A stretch of 64,000 bases of DNA from Octopus vulgaris (lineage: Eukaryota): positions 98,084,001 through 98,148,000 of the forward strand of contig OX597824.1 in the NCBI GenBank assembly GCA_951406725.2. The letters are read 5' to 3'. The stretch's first letter is position 1; the number at the start of each line of letters is the position of its first letter. Positions 42,219 to 55,470 of this stretch are shown piece by piece. The notes beneath the pieces were generated by a model. It was not told the origin of the DNA. It did no database searches and saw nothing but the letters and a program-made list of their open reading frames with translations. The position numbers and the translations under genes were made by a program.

Positions 42219-42620
42219 ATAATCCCAGTCGAAGCTTTAAAAATTGCAAAGGAGATCGCCCCGTCCTCGATCCTTAAAGCTGATGGGGCCGAATGGCAGC
42301 CACCCAATCAAACGACGGCGTCCTCTTGCGTCGTTAGGAAAGAGACCGATGAGAAGGACAGGAGCGAATGAGTGAACCAAAGCAGAACTGAAGACACTGG
42401 GAGGGGGGGGAATGGAATCTGACATTACAGAAGTATAAAGGGGAAAAAACCCAAAGAGTGTTTTGATTTGACAATTCAGCAGAAGGACTCTAAATTGATT
42501 GGTTGAGTGACTGCGAATTGGGGGCAACGATACCAGAATCACCTGCACGACTTCAATAAAGGCTAATCTACAGATCAGAGAAGTATTCTTCAGACCATGG
42601 CAAACCATTCAAGTCCCAAC
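41790..42620. promoter_or_regulatory. Unique, relatively GC/CpG-rich island; candidate promoter or first exon
   Basis: Non-repetitive sequence with retained CpGs, a central (CT)n tract, CCAAT at 42304-42308 and ATTGG at 42498-42502. Function is inferred. Confidence 0.35.
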
Positions 42621-42672
42621 CAACAAAAAACAAGAATTAGAAAGAATTATTCTTAATATTTAGAGGAATATA

Positions 42673-43080
42673 AGGCGGTGAACTGGCAGAAACGTTAGCA
42701 CGCAGGGCGAAATACGTAGCCGTATTTCGTTTGCCGTTACGTTCTGAGTTCAAATTCCGCCGAGGTCGACTTTGCCTTTTATCCTTTCGGGGTCGATTAA
42801 ATAAGTACCAGTTACGCACTGGGGTCGATATAATCGACTTAATCCGTTTGTTTGTCCTTGTTTGTCCTCTCTGTGTTTATCCCCTTGTGGATAGTAAAGA
42901 AATAAGTATTTCGTCTGTCTTTACGCTCTGATTTCAAATGTCGCTGGGTTAGACTTTGCCTTTCAAACTTTCGGAGCTCGATAAAATAAGTACCAGTTGC
43001 CCACTGTGATCGATGTAATCGATTTAAACACCCACCCCACCTCGAAATTAATGGCCTTGTGCCAAAATTTGAAACCAATA
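42673..43080 (+). mobile_element. SINE family B, full unit plus head-less older unit with alternative tail
   Basis: Unit 1 spans 42673-42905; junction AAAGAAATAAGTATTTCGTCTG; unit 2 is more diverged and ends GGCCTTGTGCCAAAATTTGAAACC. Confidence 0.92.
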
Positions 43081-44599
43081 TTTCGAGGAGTCGATGGCAG
43101 AAGGCACAGAGTGACACTGGTACGTTGCTAGTTCAAATCCGCTGTAATTTGATTTTGTTCTTTCATTCCTCCAGGGTCCGCCTCCGCCTCCCCCTTCAAC
43201 TCCCTTACAAAATGGCAGCATTGTCTGGATGTCAGATCTCATTATATCGTTTACATATGGGTGAAGGCAGAGGAGAGGGAAAGGAAGAGGAAGGAGAAAG
43301 GAGAAAGGGATAAAAGAAAGAAGAAGGAAGAGAAGAATGAAGACGCAGAAGAAGAAGAAGAAGAAGAAGAAGAAGAAGAAGAAGAAGAAGAAGAGGGAGA
43401 AGAAAAAGAAAGAGAAGAAAGAGAAAGAAGTGAAGGATTGATGGCTTTTGTTTGTTTTTTTTTGGTTTTTGGTTTCGTTTTACATGAAAAAATGAGAGGA
43501 AGAAATATTTTTAAAAACCACGGGAAATACCAATAGAAACGGAAGTGGCTGGTTGTTTGTGATTTATGGTTAGAAAACCGAACAGCTGGGTCGATGGTTC
43601 GAACCCATGTGTCACACGCAATTAAATAACTTATCTTACTTTTACAAAACCATCCAACAACCTATTCTGCCGGAAGTTCATATTTCCCTTATCTTCTTCA
43701 TCTGGTTGGCTGTGTGTGTGGCAGTCTGTCTGTGTGTCTGCCGGTCCTATATGTCTGCCCGTCTGCCTGTCTGCCCGTCTGTCTGTCTGCCTTGGTGCGG
43801 TTTACTCTTTTTATTCTTGAAAGCCATAAAAATTTAAAACGCACGCATATTCACATATGCGTGCGTTTTATGAACTATTTTGTATAAATGTCTCTACAAA
43901 AAGTTAACGTCTGGTACCAATAACAAACTCTTCCTGGTGCCTTCCCATTATGTAGCTTTCCCATAGAATCGGTGAAAGTTTTGTTTAACGATGAAAGTCT
44001 TTACTTTCGCTCCAGATCTTTGACGCTTTTCAAAACAAAAATCATGTTATCCCCTTTGGGAAGCTGGAGAAATATTAAATTACGAATCAAAACCAGTTCT
44101 AGCAATGTAAATATAGTCGATCGCACATACGTAGTGTATTTTTTAAATTTATGCACCGAATAACCTACGAGGTAGCGTCTGGGGAAAGCTCTCTACATGA
44201 TGCCGGGTGTTGAAGAACACCTAAATGCCACAGACCAGGTGAGGCAACTCACTTTGGAATCCCAAGAATGGTAGAAATCGATATTTCGCCAATGCTGTGG
44301 CGTATCAATAGCATGTACTCGGATCACCTCGAATGAAGGGATTCGCTGGTCTATGACTTTTATACGCAAATAAACACTATTGATGAGAGATCGATACTGG
44401 GAGAATATATTTACAAACTTTGGTTGTTAAATTGTTCTTCAGTTGTAAATATTTTATAGTCGTCTTCTTCAGTTGCAGGAGACACCGATCCGAGTTGCGT
44501 GACGATGGAGCTGCCGGTGTCTGTTTGTTTACACTCTTGTCATTTTGGTTGGGAAAGACGACTAGCGTCACTGGAATCGCTTTATCGATTCCTCTTTGT

Positions 44600-44735
44600 A
44601 AGAGCCTTGTGTCCCAGGTGGAATGATGATTGTAGCTGCCCCTGTTTAACTCTGAAATGGTTTGAGTAAGGTTCGTCCCAGTACTTTTGTAGCCGCTTCA
44701 TGGAACCGACCGAAGGATCTTCTCGGCCTTCTTCA
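44600..44735 (-). mobile_element. Possible N-terminal fragment of an R4/Dong-type LINE ORF
   Basis: Minus strand reads DPSVGSMKRLQKYWDEPYSNHF, similar to a GYMKRxxxxWDE motif I recall from such LINEs. Confidence 0.35.
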
Positions 44736-44929
44736 TAGCAACAACAACAACAACAACAGAAAGAAAGGGTAAATTGAATGACTTGATCAGAGAAATGCTA
44801 TAACTGAATGAAATTTGTGGTGACCAGATGTGGAGCGCCTTTTACTACAAGTCAGTTTGCTTAGAGCTGATCTCGAGTTAGACAACAGCAAGAGGGGAAT
44901 AAACATTCAATAATGTTGAAACATTATTG

Positions 44930-45716
44930 AAATATGGGCTGTGACAGCCGAGGACATGCGTAGGTTTGAAAGAAATGAAGCCAGTATGCTTTGCTGGATG
45001 TGCAATGTCAAGGGTGCATGTTTGACAGAGTGTAAGCATATTTAGAGAAAAGTTAGGCATAAGAGGCTTCAGATGTGGTGTGCAAGGGGGACGACTGCGC
45101 TGGTATGGTCATGTGATGCGTATGGATGAGGAGAGCTGTTTAAAGAAGTGCTGATCTCTAACTGAGGAGGGAACCTGAGGTAGAGATAGACCCAAGAAGA
45201 CATAGGATGAGGTGGTGAAGCATGATCTTCGAACTTTGAGCCTCACACATGCGATGACTAGTGACTGAGACCTTTGGCGATGTGCTGTGCTTGAGAAGAG
45301 CCGTCAAGCCAAGTGCACCCGGGCTGGTGACATGTAAAGAACACCCTTCGAGCGTTTGGCCTCACGGGGACAAATTGGCTGTATTCGTTGCGAGTGTTGA
45401 GCCTCATGGAGGCAAGGACCGAGACCTTTGGCATTATGTTGTGCTTCAGAAGACCTATTAAGCCGAGCAAAATTGCAGCCGTGGCAGATACCGGTGTCAC
45501 GCAAATTTGCAACCGTGCCGGTAGCACGTAAAAGCACCCGTTACACTCTCGGAGTGGTTGGCATTAGGAAGGGCATTCAGTTGTAGAAAACCATGCCAAA
45601 TCAGACTGGATCCTGGTGCAGCCTTCCAGTGTGCCAGCCTGGTCAGACCGTCCAATCCATGCCAGCATGGACAAGAGACGTTAAACGATGATGAGGTTGA
45701 TGATGATGATGATGAT
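44930..45716 (+). mobile_element. RTE-clade LINE 3' end with 3' UTR and (GAT)n tail
   Basis: WAVTAEDMRRFERNEASMLCWMC..REKLGIR..RLRWYGHVMRMDEE..GRDRPKKT*DEVVKHDL..DLWR (RLRWxGHVxR and GRP motifs), with in-frame stops. GAT repeats at 45687-45716. Confidence 0.92.
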
Positions 45717-46425
45717 GCTGAATGTTAGCCCAGATACATTGTATCTGAACAAAAGTTGTGATGATCACAGCTGGAATGGCTTTGATCATGAGTTTGCCCG
45801 TTCAAGACTGACTTGGGGATACACAACCATGAGGAGTGAGTCACTGGGTGTGAATTACCTCTCAACACTAGAAGTGCCAACACACTTTCAGTGCAATGCC
45901 TAAAGGAAGGGTGGGGGGTTAGTGCTGATACCCCGCCCCCCACGAAGGAGGAATGGGTGCTGAGACACATCTCCATTACAAACACACCACGCCAAAGACA
46001 ACCCCTTTATAATAAAAGACTATTATGATTGTTACCATTCCTTGCCGACGCCACCAATAAATTGACTCTGATTCTTCAAATGATATCTTTGCGCAGATTC
46101 TCTAAATTGGATATTTTGGCAACAATGAAAGATTTGTTGAATTTCTCTTGCAGATCCCGTTGTTGTTGTTGTTGTTCTTGGTGTGGTTTTTGTTTATCGT
46201 TAAAGAATTTTGTGTGTGTGTATATGTGTGTGTGTTCTTGTCAGTGTGTGTAGATGCATATAATTGTGTAATTTTTTTTGTGTTTATGCATTTATAAATA
46301 CATGCACACAAACATACATACATGTGTGTATAAAGTAAGTATATGTGTATATATAAACGTATTCATTTATGCGTATATTGTATACATATATATAGGTATT
46401 TGTGTGTATATTATATATATGTATG

Positions 46426-46466
<41 letters not shown>

Positions 46467-46714
46467 TTACATACATGTGCGTGTATGAAAGACAGTTTCC
46501 GTGAACCCAATTATTCGCAAGATATTGATCTGTCTGAGGCAATAGTAATAGATACTTGCTCAAGGGTCGTGCAATAGGACTGAACTTCAATCCACGCGGT
46601 TATGGAGTGAATTTCTTGGCTACGCCCACAAACCGGCAGACACACACACACAGACACACACACACACACACACAGGATGATATCCTCCACATTGGTATAA
46701 CGGAGGCAACATTT

Positions 46715-47030
46715 TTAAAATCACAACGTCGAGGTTTGATGGTATCTTTGTCCCTCTTATCTATCAGGTATTTAGTAGCTGTCCCCTGGTCCTAGATAGC
46801 GATGGCAAATCTTTCTAGGTGGGAGGTCATGTATTTATCGTAAGTCCAGAGGAAACTGGTCTTCTTGTCGATACTGTTGTTCCCCCCTAGCTTATAGGAT
46901 ACGTACCGATGCATTGCTTTCGTATGACGCTTGCTTCTGTTTCGGTAGGCCAGTCCAGCTTCCTTTGGGTCGCGTCAGACAGTTGTACTCTCCGAGAACC
47001 TGTTCAGTAGTTCTTCAGCTCTGAAGATGT
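46715..47030 (-). mobile_element. Decayed R4/Dong-type LINE fragment (region between RT and zinc knuckle)
   Basis: Minus strand encodes KAMHRYVSYKL..IDKKTSFLWTYDKYMTSHLERFAIAI*DQGTATKYLIDKRD (KxxHG..S..W..E....AIQDQ...T pattern). Confidence 0.75.
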
Positions 47031-47034
47031 GGTT

Positions 47035-47138
<104 letters not shown>

Positions 47139-47690
47139 TCATTCGAGTATGCATGGAATGTTCTCATTTCTTTACTGTCCAGCAGGTGTCGCCTTAGTGA
47201 TACAATTCATCATTCAAAAACTGCTTCGAATGATTTTATGCCTCTTCCACCATCACTTCATCTCCCATAAATCCTATCCGTGTATGTATGTATGTATGTA
47301 TGTATGTATGTATGTATGTATGTATGTATGTATGTATGTATGTATGTGTGTGTATGTATATGTCAATGTGTGTGAGTGTGTTATTCTTAGAAAGTGACGC
47401 CAAAACAATTCTGTTTGTTGTTTTCTTTAAAAGAGTGGATGAATTAGAAGATTTGTTAATAAATCTGCATTGGAAGATATTGGAATTGATAATTGTGTCT
47501 GCGGTTTCTCTGAGAATACCATTCTTATGGACAGAATGTTCTCACTGTTCTGTCCCCAGTTCCTAAATGCCACCAGTAACATTCGGCGAAAGACATTAGG
47601 CATATTATTTTATATTCACAATACCGACGTTTGTGTTGTCCTATCTGAATATATATATACGCTCATAGAAATACGTGCATATATATATAT

Positions 47691-47744
<54 letters not shown>

Positions 47745-48151
47745 ATATATATATGTATGTATGTATTTGTTGAGTGACATCATTCGCAGTTCATTTTTGT
47801 TTCATTCTTTCTAAATATTCTGACGAATTTTTAAAAGGAAACGGCATGATTATTGTGCGAATGTCGATTTTATCAAATAAAAACCCTTTCATCTACACAC
47901 GTTCTGAACCGAGTACTTTCTTTCTGTTGGACAGTGGACACTTCTTGTAGCCACCGACAGATTTTTATCATTTGTGCATTAGTGTGGGTGTATAGATATG
48001 TGTTTATATATGTACACAGACATGACAGAAGTAAATAGACACCCATCCATCAAACATCGTCTTATGTTTATTCTATCTTGTAAAGGTTTATATTTTTTAT
48101 TAATTGAAATTTTTATGTTTCAAGTTCAATACGTGACTGTTTAATCCTGCC

Positions 48152-48645
48152 ATGTACAAAAGAAGTCTTAGAACTGACTGAATTTCAAAGAGGCCGTGTT
48201 GTGGGTCATTCTGAAGGTGGCCATAGCATAAAATCGCAGAAAACCTTGGGATCCCACTTTCTACAGGTAATAGAGTGATTGTGCAATTTCCCAGAGAGGG
48301 GAAGGAGTCCACATCACCTCGCCCAGATCAACCTGGGCCCTCTGACATGACCCTTCTCTTTGTTAAGAGAAGTGTGGACAATAATCCTCGTTGCAAGGCC
48401 TCTGACAGAGCATAATAAGTTGATGTCAGTCCCAGAACAGCTGCCAGGTGTCTCCACAAACTTGGTTACTATGAGAGAGCAGCAAGAAGGAAGCCAATTC
48501 TTCGACCAGCCAATATCAAGTGGAGAAAAGATTGGGCCAGTGAGATGGTGCAGAGGCCACTAGTATTTTGGGACACTGTCATGTTCTCTGATGAGCCCAG
48601 ATTTGCTGTATTTCCTGACAGTGGTTGAGTGTGGGTCTGGAGACT
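48152..48645 (+). pseudogene. Decayed Tc1 transposase, N-terminal half
   Basis: [24 protein letters not shown] (HTH)..VSPRTAARCLHKLGYYERAARRKPIL..WDTVMFSDEPRF..DSG*VWVWR (first catalytic D), with stops and frameshifts. Confidence 0.92.
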
Positions 48646-48662
48646 TTGCTATCAAGAATTTG

Positions 48663-48693
<31 letters not shown>

Positions 48694-48701
48694 CTCTTTT
48701 G

Positions 48702-48903
48702 CTCTTTTACTTGTTTCAGTCATTTGACTGCGGCCATGCTGGAGCACCGCCTTTAGTCGAGCAAATCGACTCCAGGACTTATTCTTTGTAAGCCTAGTAC
48801 TTATTCTATCGATCTCTTTTGCTGAACCGCTAAGTTATGGGGACGTAAACACACCAGCATCGGTTGTCAAGCGACGTTGGGGGGGACAAACACAGACACA
48901 CAA

Positions 48904-49002
<99 letters not shown>

Positions 49003-49098
49003 TACGACGGGCTTCTTTCAGTTTCCGTCTACCAAATCCACTCACAAGGCTTAGTAGAAGACTTGCCCAAGATGCCACGCAGTAGGACTGAACCCGGA
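48702..49098 (-). mobile_element. SINE family A, lacking the extreme 5' end
   Basis: High-identity reverse-complement match to 14325-14673, with a longer internal (AC)n(AT)n. Confidence 0.93.
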
Positions 49099-49394
49099 TA
49101 TGTGTGGATACATATATATCTGGTTATATATACACACTCAACACGTCCACATATATATACATATATACATATACATATGTATATTATATATACATCTTGT
49201 TTTCCATTTGTTTCCTTCATTTTTCGCAAAAAAAAGTTCATATTCCATGTATTCGTATTTCGTATCTCGTGTTTTCGTTTTTTATGTTCTTTGCGTTCCG
49301 TGACGTCCTGTACCCACATATGCATATGTACATACATGTAGATATAAGTAAGTACATACACGTATGTATACATGCACATATATATTATTTATAT

Positions 49395-49450
<56 letters not shown>

Positions 49451-49632
49451 CATACATACATACATACATACATACATACATACTTAGCTATATATGTGTA
49501 TGTATGCGAATATGTGTGAGAGAGAGAGGGGGGATATGCGTTCATGTGTCAATATGTATACACATATCTATGTTTTCGTCCATTTCTGTGTATGTGTATG
49601 TGTGTGCGTGTGTGTGTGTGTGCGTGTGTGTG

Positions 49633-49663
<31 letters not shown>

Positions 49664-50190
49664 ACAGCTACACCGAGCTAAGATGTGTGCATGGATGGGG
49701 CTGAGTGTGAGAAAGAAAAAATGAAAGAAAATGATTCTCACCAAATTTCAAATTCCAGTCAACAACTCACGTGAAATCGGAACCTGCGATCTTGGGATTC
49801 CACTTGTTGTCAATTTTCATTAGACATTACTTGAAGTGTCCCATGCTGAGAAGGGCGAATAAAACGGTTTGGGAATTATCTTTCAGCAACATACCGCAGC
49901 GTTACATAACGGATTGTCCCATAATAAGAATGGACGCGCAAGAAGTTATGGAACGAGAATGGTAATTAGGGAGAGGAAGAAATATTTCGCAGACATAAAA
50001 ACGTAACTATTTCTTCGCTGAAGAATTTTGCAAAAGGTTCAATGACGCAGAAATCTCGAATCGAAAATATATGAATATCTGGAAATGGCTTAACGGGAAT
50101 GGGACGAGGAAAATAGTCGAGATGTTAACATCAAAATAGATCTACAAGTTCTAGACATCGTTCTCCTTCTTATTTGTAGCGAAGGTGGAG

Positions 50191-50258
<68 letters not shown>

Positions 50259-50260
50259 GT

Positions 50261-51050
50261 GGAGGCATAGCTCTGTGGTTAGACCTTTGTTTACCAACAA
50301 CATGGTGGAACCTTGGGAAAATTTCTTCTACCACAACCTAGGGTCGACCAAAGCCTGGTGAGAGATTTCTGAAGGAAGCTTTATAGAGATGTATGTATGT
50401 ATGTATGTATGTATGTATGTATGTATGTATGTATGTATGTATGTATGTGTGTGTGTGTATGAATGTATGTATGTATGTATGTATGTGTGTGTGTGTATGT
50501 ATGTATGTATGTATGTATGTATGTATGTATGTATGTATGTATGTGTGTGTGTATGTATGTATGTATGTATGTATGTATGTATGTATGTATGTGTGTATGC
50601 ATGTATGTGTGTGTGTATGTATGTATGTATGTATGTATCTATGTATGTATGTATGTGTGTGTGTGTATGTATGTGTATGTATGTATGTATGTATGTGTGT
50701 ATGTATGTATGTGTGTATGTATGTATGTGTGTATGTATGTATGTATGCATGTAGGTATAAATGTATGTATGCATGTATGTGTGTGTATGTATGTATGTAT
50801 GTATGTATGTATGTATGTATGTATGTGTGTATGTATGTATGTATATCTGTGTCGTTGTCTGTTCCCCACCATCGCTTGACAGCCGGTGTTGGCGTATTTG
50901 CGTCCCTGTCACTTAACGCTTCGGCAAAAGAGACTGATAGAAAAAGAACCAGGTTAAAAAAAAAAGCCCTGGGATTGATACATTCGACTAAAAATTGTTC
51001 AAGGCGGTGCCCCAGCATGGCCGCCGTCTAATGATTGAAACAGGTAAAAG
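50261..51050 (+). mobile_element. SINE family A with greatly expanded internal (ATGT)n tract
   Basis: Diverged head at 50261-50385, about 460 bp of ATGT/GT repeats, and family A tail at 50845-51050. Confidence 0.85.
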
Positions 51051-51131
<81 letters not shown>

Positions 51132-51228
51132 CACACACACACCTTGCCTTCGTCAGCTGCAGATGAGAGTACGAGAATGGTAGCAGTTTCGATACACACC
51201 CGCGTCGACACAATTTTTAAAACACCAA

Positions 51229-51445
51229 GGGCGGTGAGCTGCCAGAATCGTTAGCACGCCGGGTGAAATGCTTGGCGGGGTTTCTTTCTGTGTTTACGTT
51301 CTGAGTTCAAATTCCGCCGAGGTCGACTTTGCCTTTCATCCTTTCGAGGTCAATAAATTAAGTACCAGTTACGCACTGGGGTAGATCTAATCGACTGGCC
51401 TCTTCTCCAAAAGTTTCGGGCCTTGTGCCCAGAGTAGAAAAGAAT
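51229..51445 (+). mobile_element. SINE family B
   Basis: Full head and core; tail GGCCTTGTGCCCAGAGTAGAAAAGAA. Confidence 0.92.
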
Positions 51446-51739
51446 TTTTAAAACAAACGGAATCCAATCAAAAATTTGTGCGCGTGAAATCTTTCACTTT
51501 TAATAAAACAATGGCAGTGTTGGGGGGATTTGACCTTGGCATGTTTAGAAAATTAGATTTGTGCTTTCAGAGGTAAGATGAGGTTAGACAACAACAGCCA
51601 TACCAACAACATCTACAACAGCAATAACTATAACAACAACATCCCTACAAGATTTCCAATTCCTCAATCTGCTTCCAAAGCCGAGTCTAGATTTGTAGCT
51701 TTTGATCTGAGATTGACAAGAAAAATAACCAAATAACGA

Positions 51740-52360
51740 TATCTATTATTCGGTTCCAATATTATTCGGTATTTTTACTCTATTCTGCTATTCTGGTGTT
51801 CTATAATTCCGCTGTTCTATTATTCTTTTCTATTATTCTGTTCCATTATTCTGATGTTCTATTGCGCCGGTGTTCTATAATTCTGCTGTTCTATTATTCC
51901 AGTGTATTATTATTATGCTGTTCTGTTATTCTGGTGTTCTCTCATTCTGCTGTAAAGTAATGATGCTTCATTATTCTGCTGATCTGTTATCCTGGTGTTC
52001 TATTATTCCGGTGTTATTAGACTATTAGACTGTTGTTTTATTATTCTGGTGATTATTATTCTGGAGTTCTATTATTGTGGTATTATATTATTCCGACGTG
52101 CTAATATTCTAGTGTTCTATTATTCCAGTGTCCTATTATTCTGCTGCTCTGTTATTCTGCTGTTTTATTATTCTGCTGCTCTATAATGCTGTTCCGTTAT
52201 TCTGCTATGCAATTATTCCGGTATATATTATTCTGATCTATTGTCCCGGCGCTCTGTTATTGTGCTATTCTATTATTCTGTCGTTCTATTATTCTGTCGT
52301 TCTATTATTCTGTCGTTCTATTATTCTGTCGTTCTATTATTCTGTCGTTCTATTATTCTG
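51740..52360. repeat. Degenerate 16-bp minisatellite
   Basis: Unit TTCTATTATTCTGTCG is perfect in about 5 copies at 52268-52360 and degenerate leftwards. Confidence 0.92.
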
Positions 52361-53153
52361 AAACCCTTCCCTTTTAACAAAATCAAAAACAGTATGGATT
52401 GGTGCGTGGTTGTCACGGATGAAGAAATTAATATTGTTTTTAAGAACTGAAACAAGAAACGGGGATGGGACAGACCCGTGACCCTTTATTAATCAAAAGC
52501 CAGTCTAGTTTTCATCCCCCAAAGTCTGGTCCATTCGTTAGTTAAAAAACCATTCTTTACCAAAGAACAATCTTTCCATTATAAAAGAATTCTAAAATGT
52601 CAGCAAATAATTTTCACACAATAATATTTAACGCAATTTCCCATCCTAATTACAAATTAAGAATTTTAATTGTCGTTGCTATTTAGCCCATGTTTTCCTC
52701 TGACCCAACAGACCTATAATCAAAGACGTTCCAGCCGTGACATTCCTACCATAAACCCTAGATTTACTACTGCATTGCTCAATGTGTTCTTCATTGTCAT
52801 TTTTTAGCAGTAGTTTCAGAGTGAAGGCTGATATATGCCTGCTATTTCTAGCAGATCGAATGACCACATAAAGGCTTCTTTGATCATTTAAGAATTTTAA
52901 TTATAATCGATATTGGAACTGGTTAATTGACTTAAATGTCTGAGAGGCCATCTGGAATATTTGGAACGTCTTTCAAGAAAGAACAAAAATGTCTGAGACA
53001 AATTCTTCAAATTAAGGCCATTAACAGCACCAAAGAGTTTCGGGTTAAAAGCTTTCTCCAACACAAACAGTTTCGTCAATATCTTGTTGTTGTTGTTGTT
53101 GTTGTTGTCTTAGAGATGCTGCAAGAATCTTCACTTTAATTTTCTTCCCGACG

Positions 53154-53575
<422 letters not shown>

Positions 53576-53584
53576 TCTGCTATT

Positions 53585-53785
53585 AAGGCGGCGAGTTTGG
53601 CAGAATCGTTAGCTTGCCGAACAAAATGCTTAGCAGCATTTCTTCCGACTCTTTAAATTCTGATATTCAAATACCCTGAAGTCCTTCTTTCTTTCGGTAT
53701 CAGTAATAAAATACCAGTCAACTACTGATGTCGACTTACCCCTTCCCTTGAAAATTGCTTACTTTGGGCCAAAATTTCAAACCAT
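53585..53785 (+). mobile_element. SINE family B (old copy)
   Basis: AAGGCGGCGAGTTTGGCAGAATCGTTAGC head and alternative tail. Confidence 0.8.
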
Positions 53786-53816
53786 CGTATTCTTCTTCTT
53801 CTTCTTCTTCTTCTTC

Positions 53817-53872
<56 letters not shown>

Positions 53873-55470
53873 TCTTTTTTTCTTTTTCTTCTTCTTCATA
53901 GTCTTTTTCTCCCTCTCCCTCCTCCACCTCCTTCTCCGCTGCCGCTGTTACTAACCAAACTTTGGCGAAACGAAGACGCTAGCTATCTCCGTAGATGATA
54001 GAAGAATCCTGTACTTGAAGGAATTTCTTCATTTAGTCGTGTATTTACATTGAACAAGATATCTGGGGGGGGTTCGAGAGTGGGGAGGGACGGAAGGATG
54101 GGTGGGGAGTATACATTTATTAGGATAAAGGGAGCGAAAGGAAAAAAAAGTGGGGGCACGTAGATTGACGTGGGGTACAAAGGAAAAAAGATACGTCTGG
54201 ATGTAAACAGAGATATTTCGCGAGAAATTAAGACAAACAGCGCTTTGATGTTGAACAGTTTTTGTAAAGTACAAAACAAGAGAGAGAGAGAAGGGGGGAG
54301 AAAATGGTGGCCTTGTCTGGAAGAGAAGCAGCAGCAGCAGCCGCCAGGATAAATAAAGACTAAATATCACTGGTTTCTCTTCTCTTCTGATGCCTTGTTT
54401 TATCTGCCAAGATAAGAATCACTAATGAAACTATTGGATGTCTTAATATAATTCTTTAATTAAGATAAGCCTTGAGTATCCTGGGGGAGGAGGTGAGTTA
54501 CAGGAGAAAGGAAAATTGTTTTGAAAAGTTTGTAAATCTGGGTTTAGGTATGTGTGAAGGGTTGGTTAAGAGGGTCGCCTTCTAACTCCTGACTTTCGAG
54601 TTTGATTCCACCACGGAAGGTCACATTGGAAAATGTAATCCCAGATACTCTTTTCTCAATAAAGACAAAGAATCTACAACCGCATCGTCCAAAGTTTGGT
54701 TTTCTAAGACGTTAAGCTTGCGATTTGAGGGAGATTTGATTGCTATTTCTGATTGTTCGACTCTCTTTTACAAAAATGAGAATTATGTCTAAACGTTTGT
54801 AAATGTGGGGGTGAAAATAGAGCTTTTTGATCCAGAAGATCGCTTCACATCTGAATGGTTTCGGTTTTGATTCCATTGTACAGTTCTTTGGACATCGCCT
54901 CCAGTCGACCACAGACTCATGGGTGGCATTGGAGAGTGAAGGCAAGGTTCGTATTCTTCAATAATAACCATAATCTCTCACCTGTGACTTAACGCCACTA
55001 CCTGACCCTTGGCTACTCTGAGCGATGTCCCTTAGTATTCAGAGCATCTCTCTGACCTGACAGCATCTTCCTCTCTTCCTCCAGTTTGTCTTGGACTCCC
55101 TAATAAAGGCCAAGAGTGTTGTCCATCCTCCTGTAATGAATTTAGGTCAGTTACAACAACGATGTTTATCGAACGACAAAGTTTAACGATGAGGCTTTAA
55201 AATGTAATGGCGGAATGCGGTTCTTTTGTCGAAGCTCGCCAAATGCAACGATGGACTTCAATATCAAGATGCGTCAGAGAAATAAATGAAGAACAATGCT
55301 TGCTTCATTAATAATATGGCCATTTATTATATATCAATTATTATGTTGTTACAATGATGAAGAGGATTATAATTCAGGTTGTTACAGTATATAAGAAATG
55401 TACAATTTTGTTGAGTTGTTTGTGTGTACACAGCCTGTCTGTCGATCTCCGGTCCACTTTGTATGATAAT

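Noticed and set aside
51140-51210. Minus-strand GAAAC...CTGACGA as a type II hammerhead
   Set aside because: The flanks cannot form stem II or stem I.
51511-51532. TGGCAGTGT, a miR-34-like seed
   Set aside because: The match stops after 9 nt and no precursor hairpin is evident.
51740-52360. CRISPR array
   Set aside because: Contiguous tandem units without unique spacers, in eukaryotic context with no cas genes.
54975-55150. Possible minus-strand RTE 3' relic (SPRQTG resembling GRPRxTW)
   Set aside because: Too degenerate to call without an alignment.
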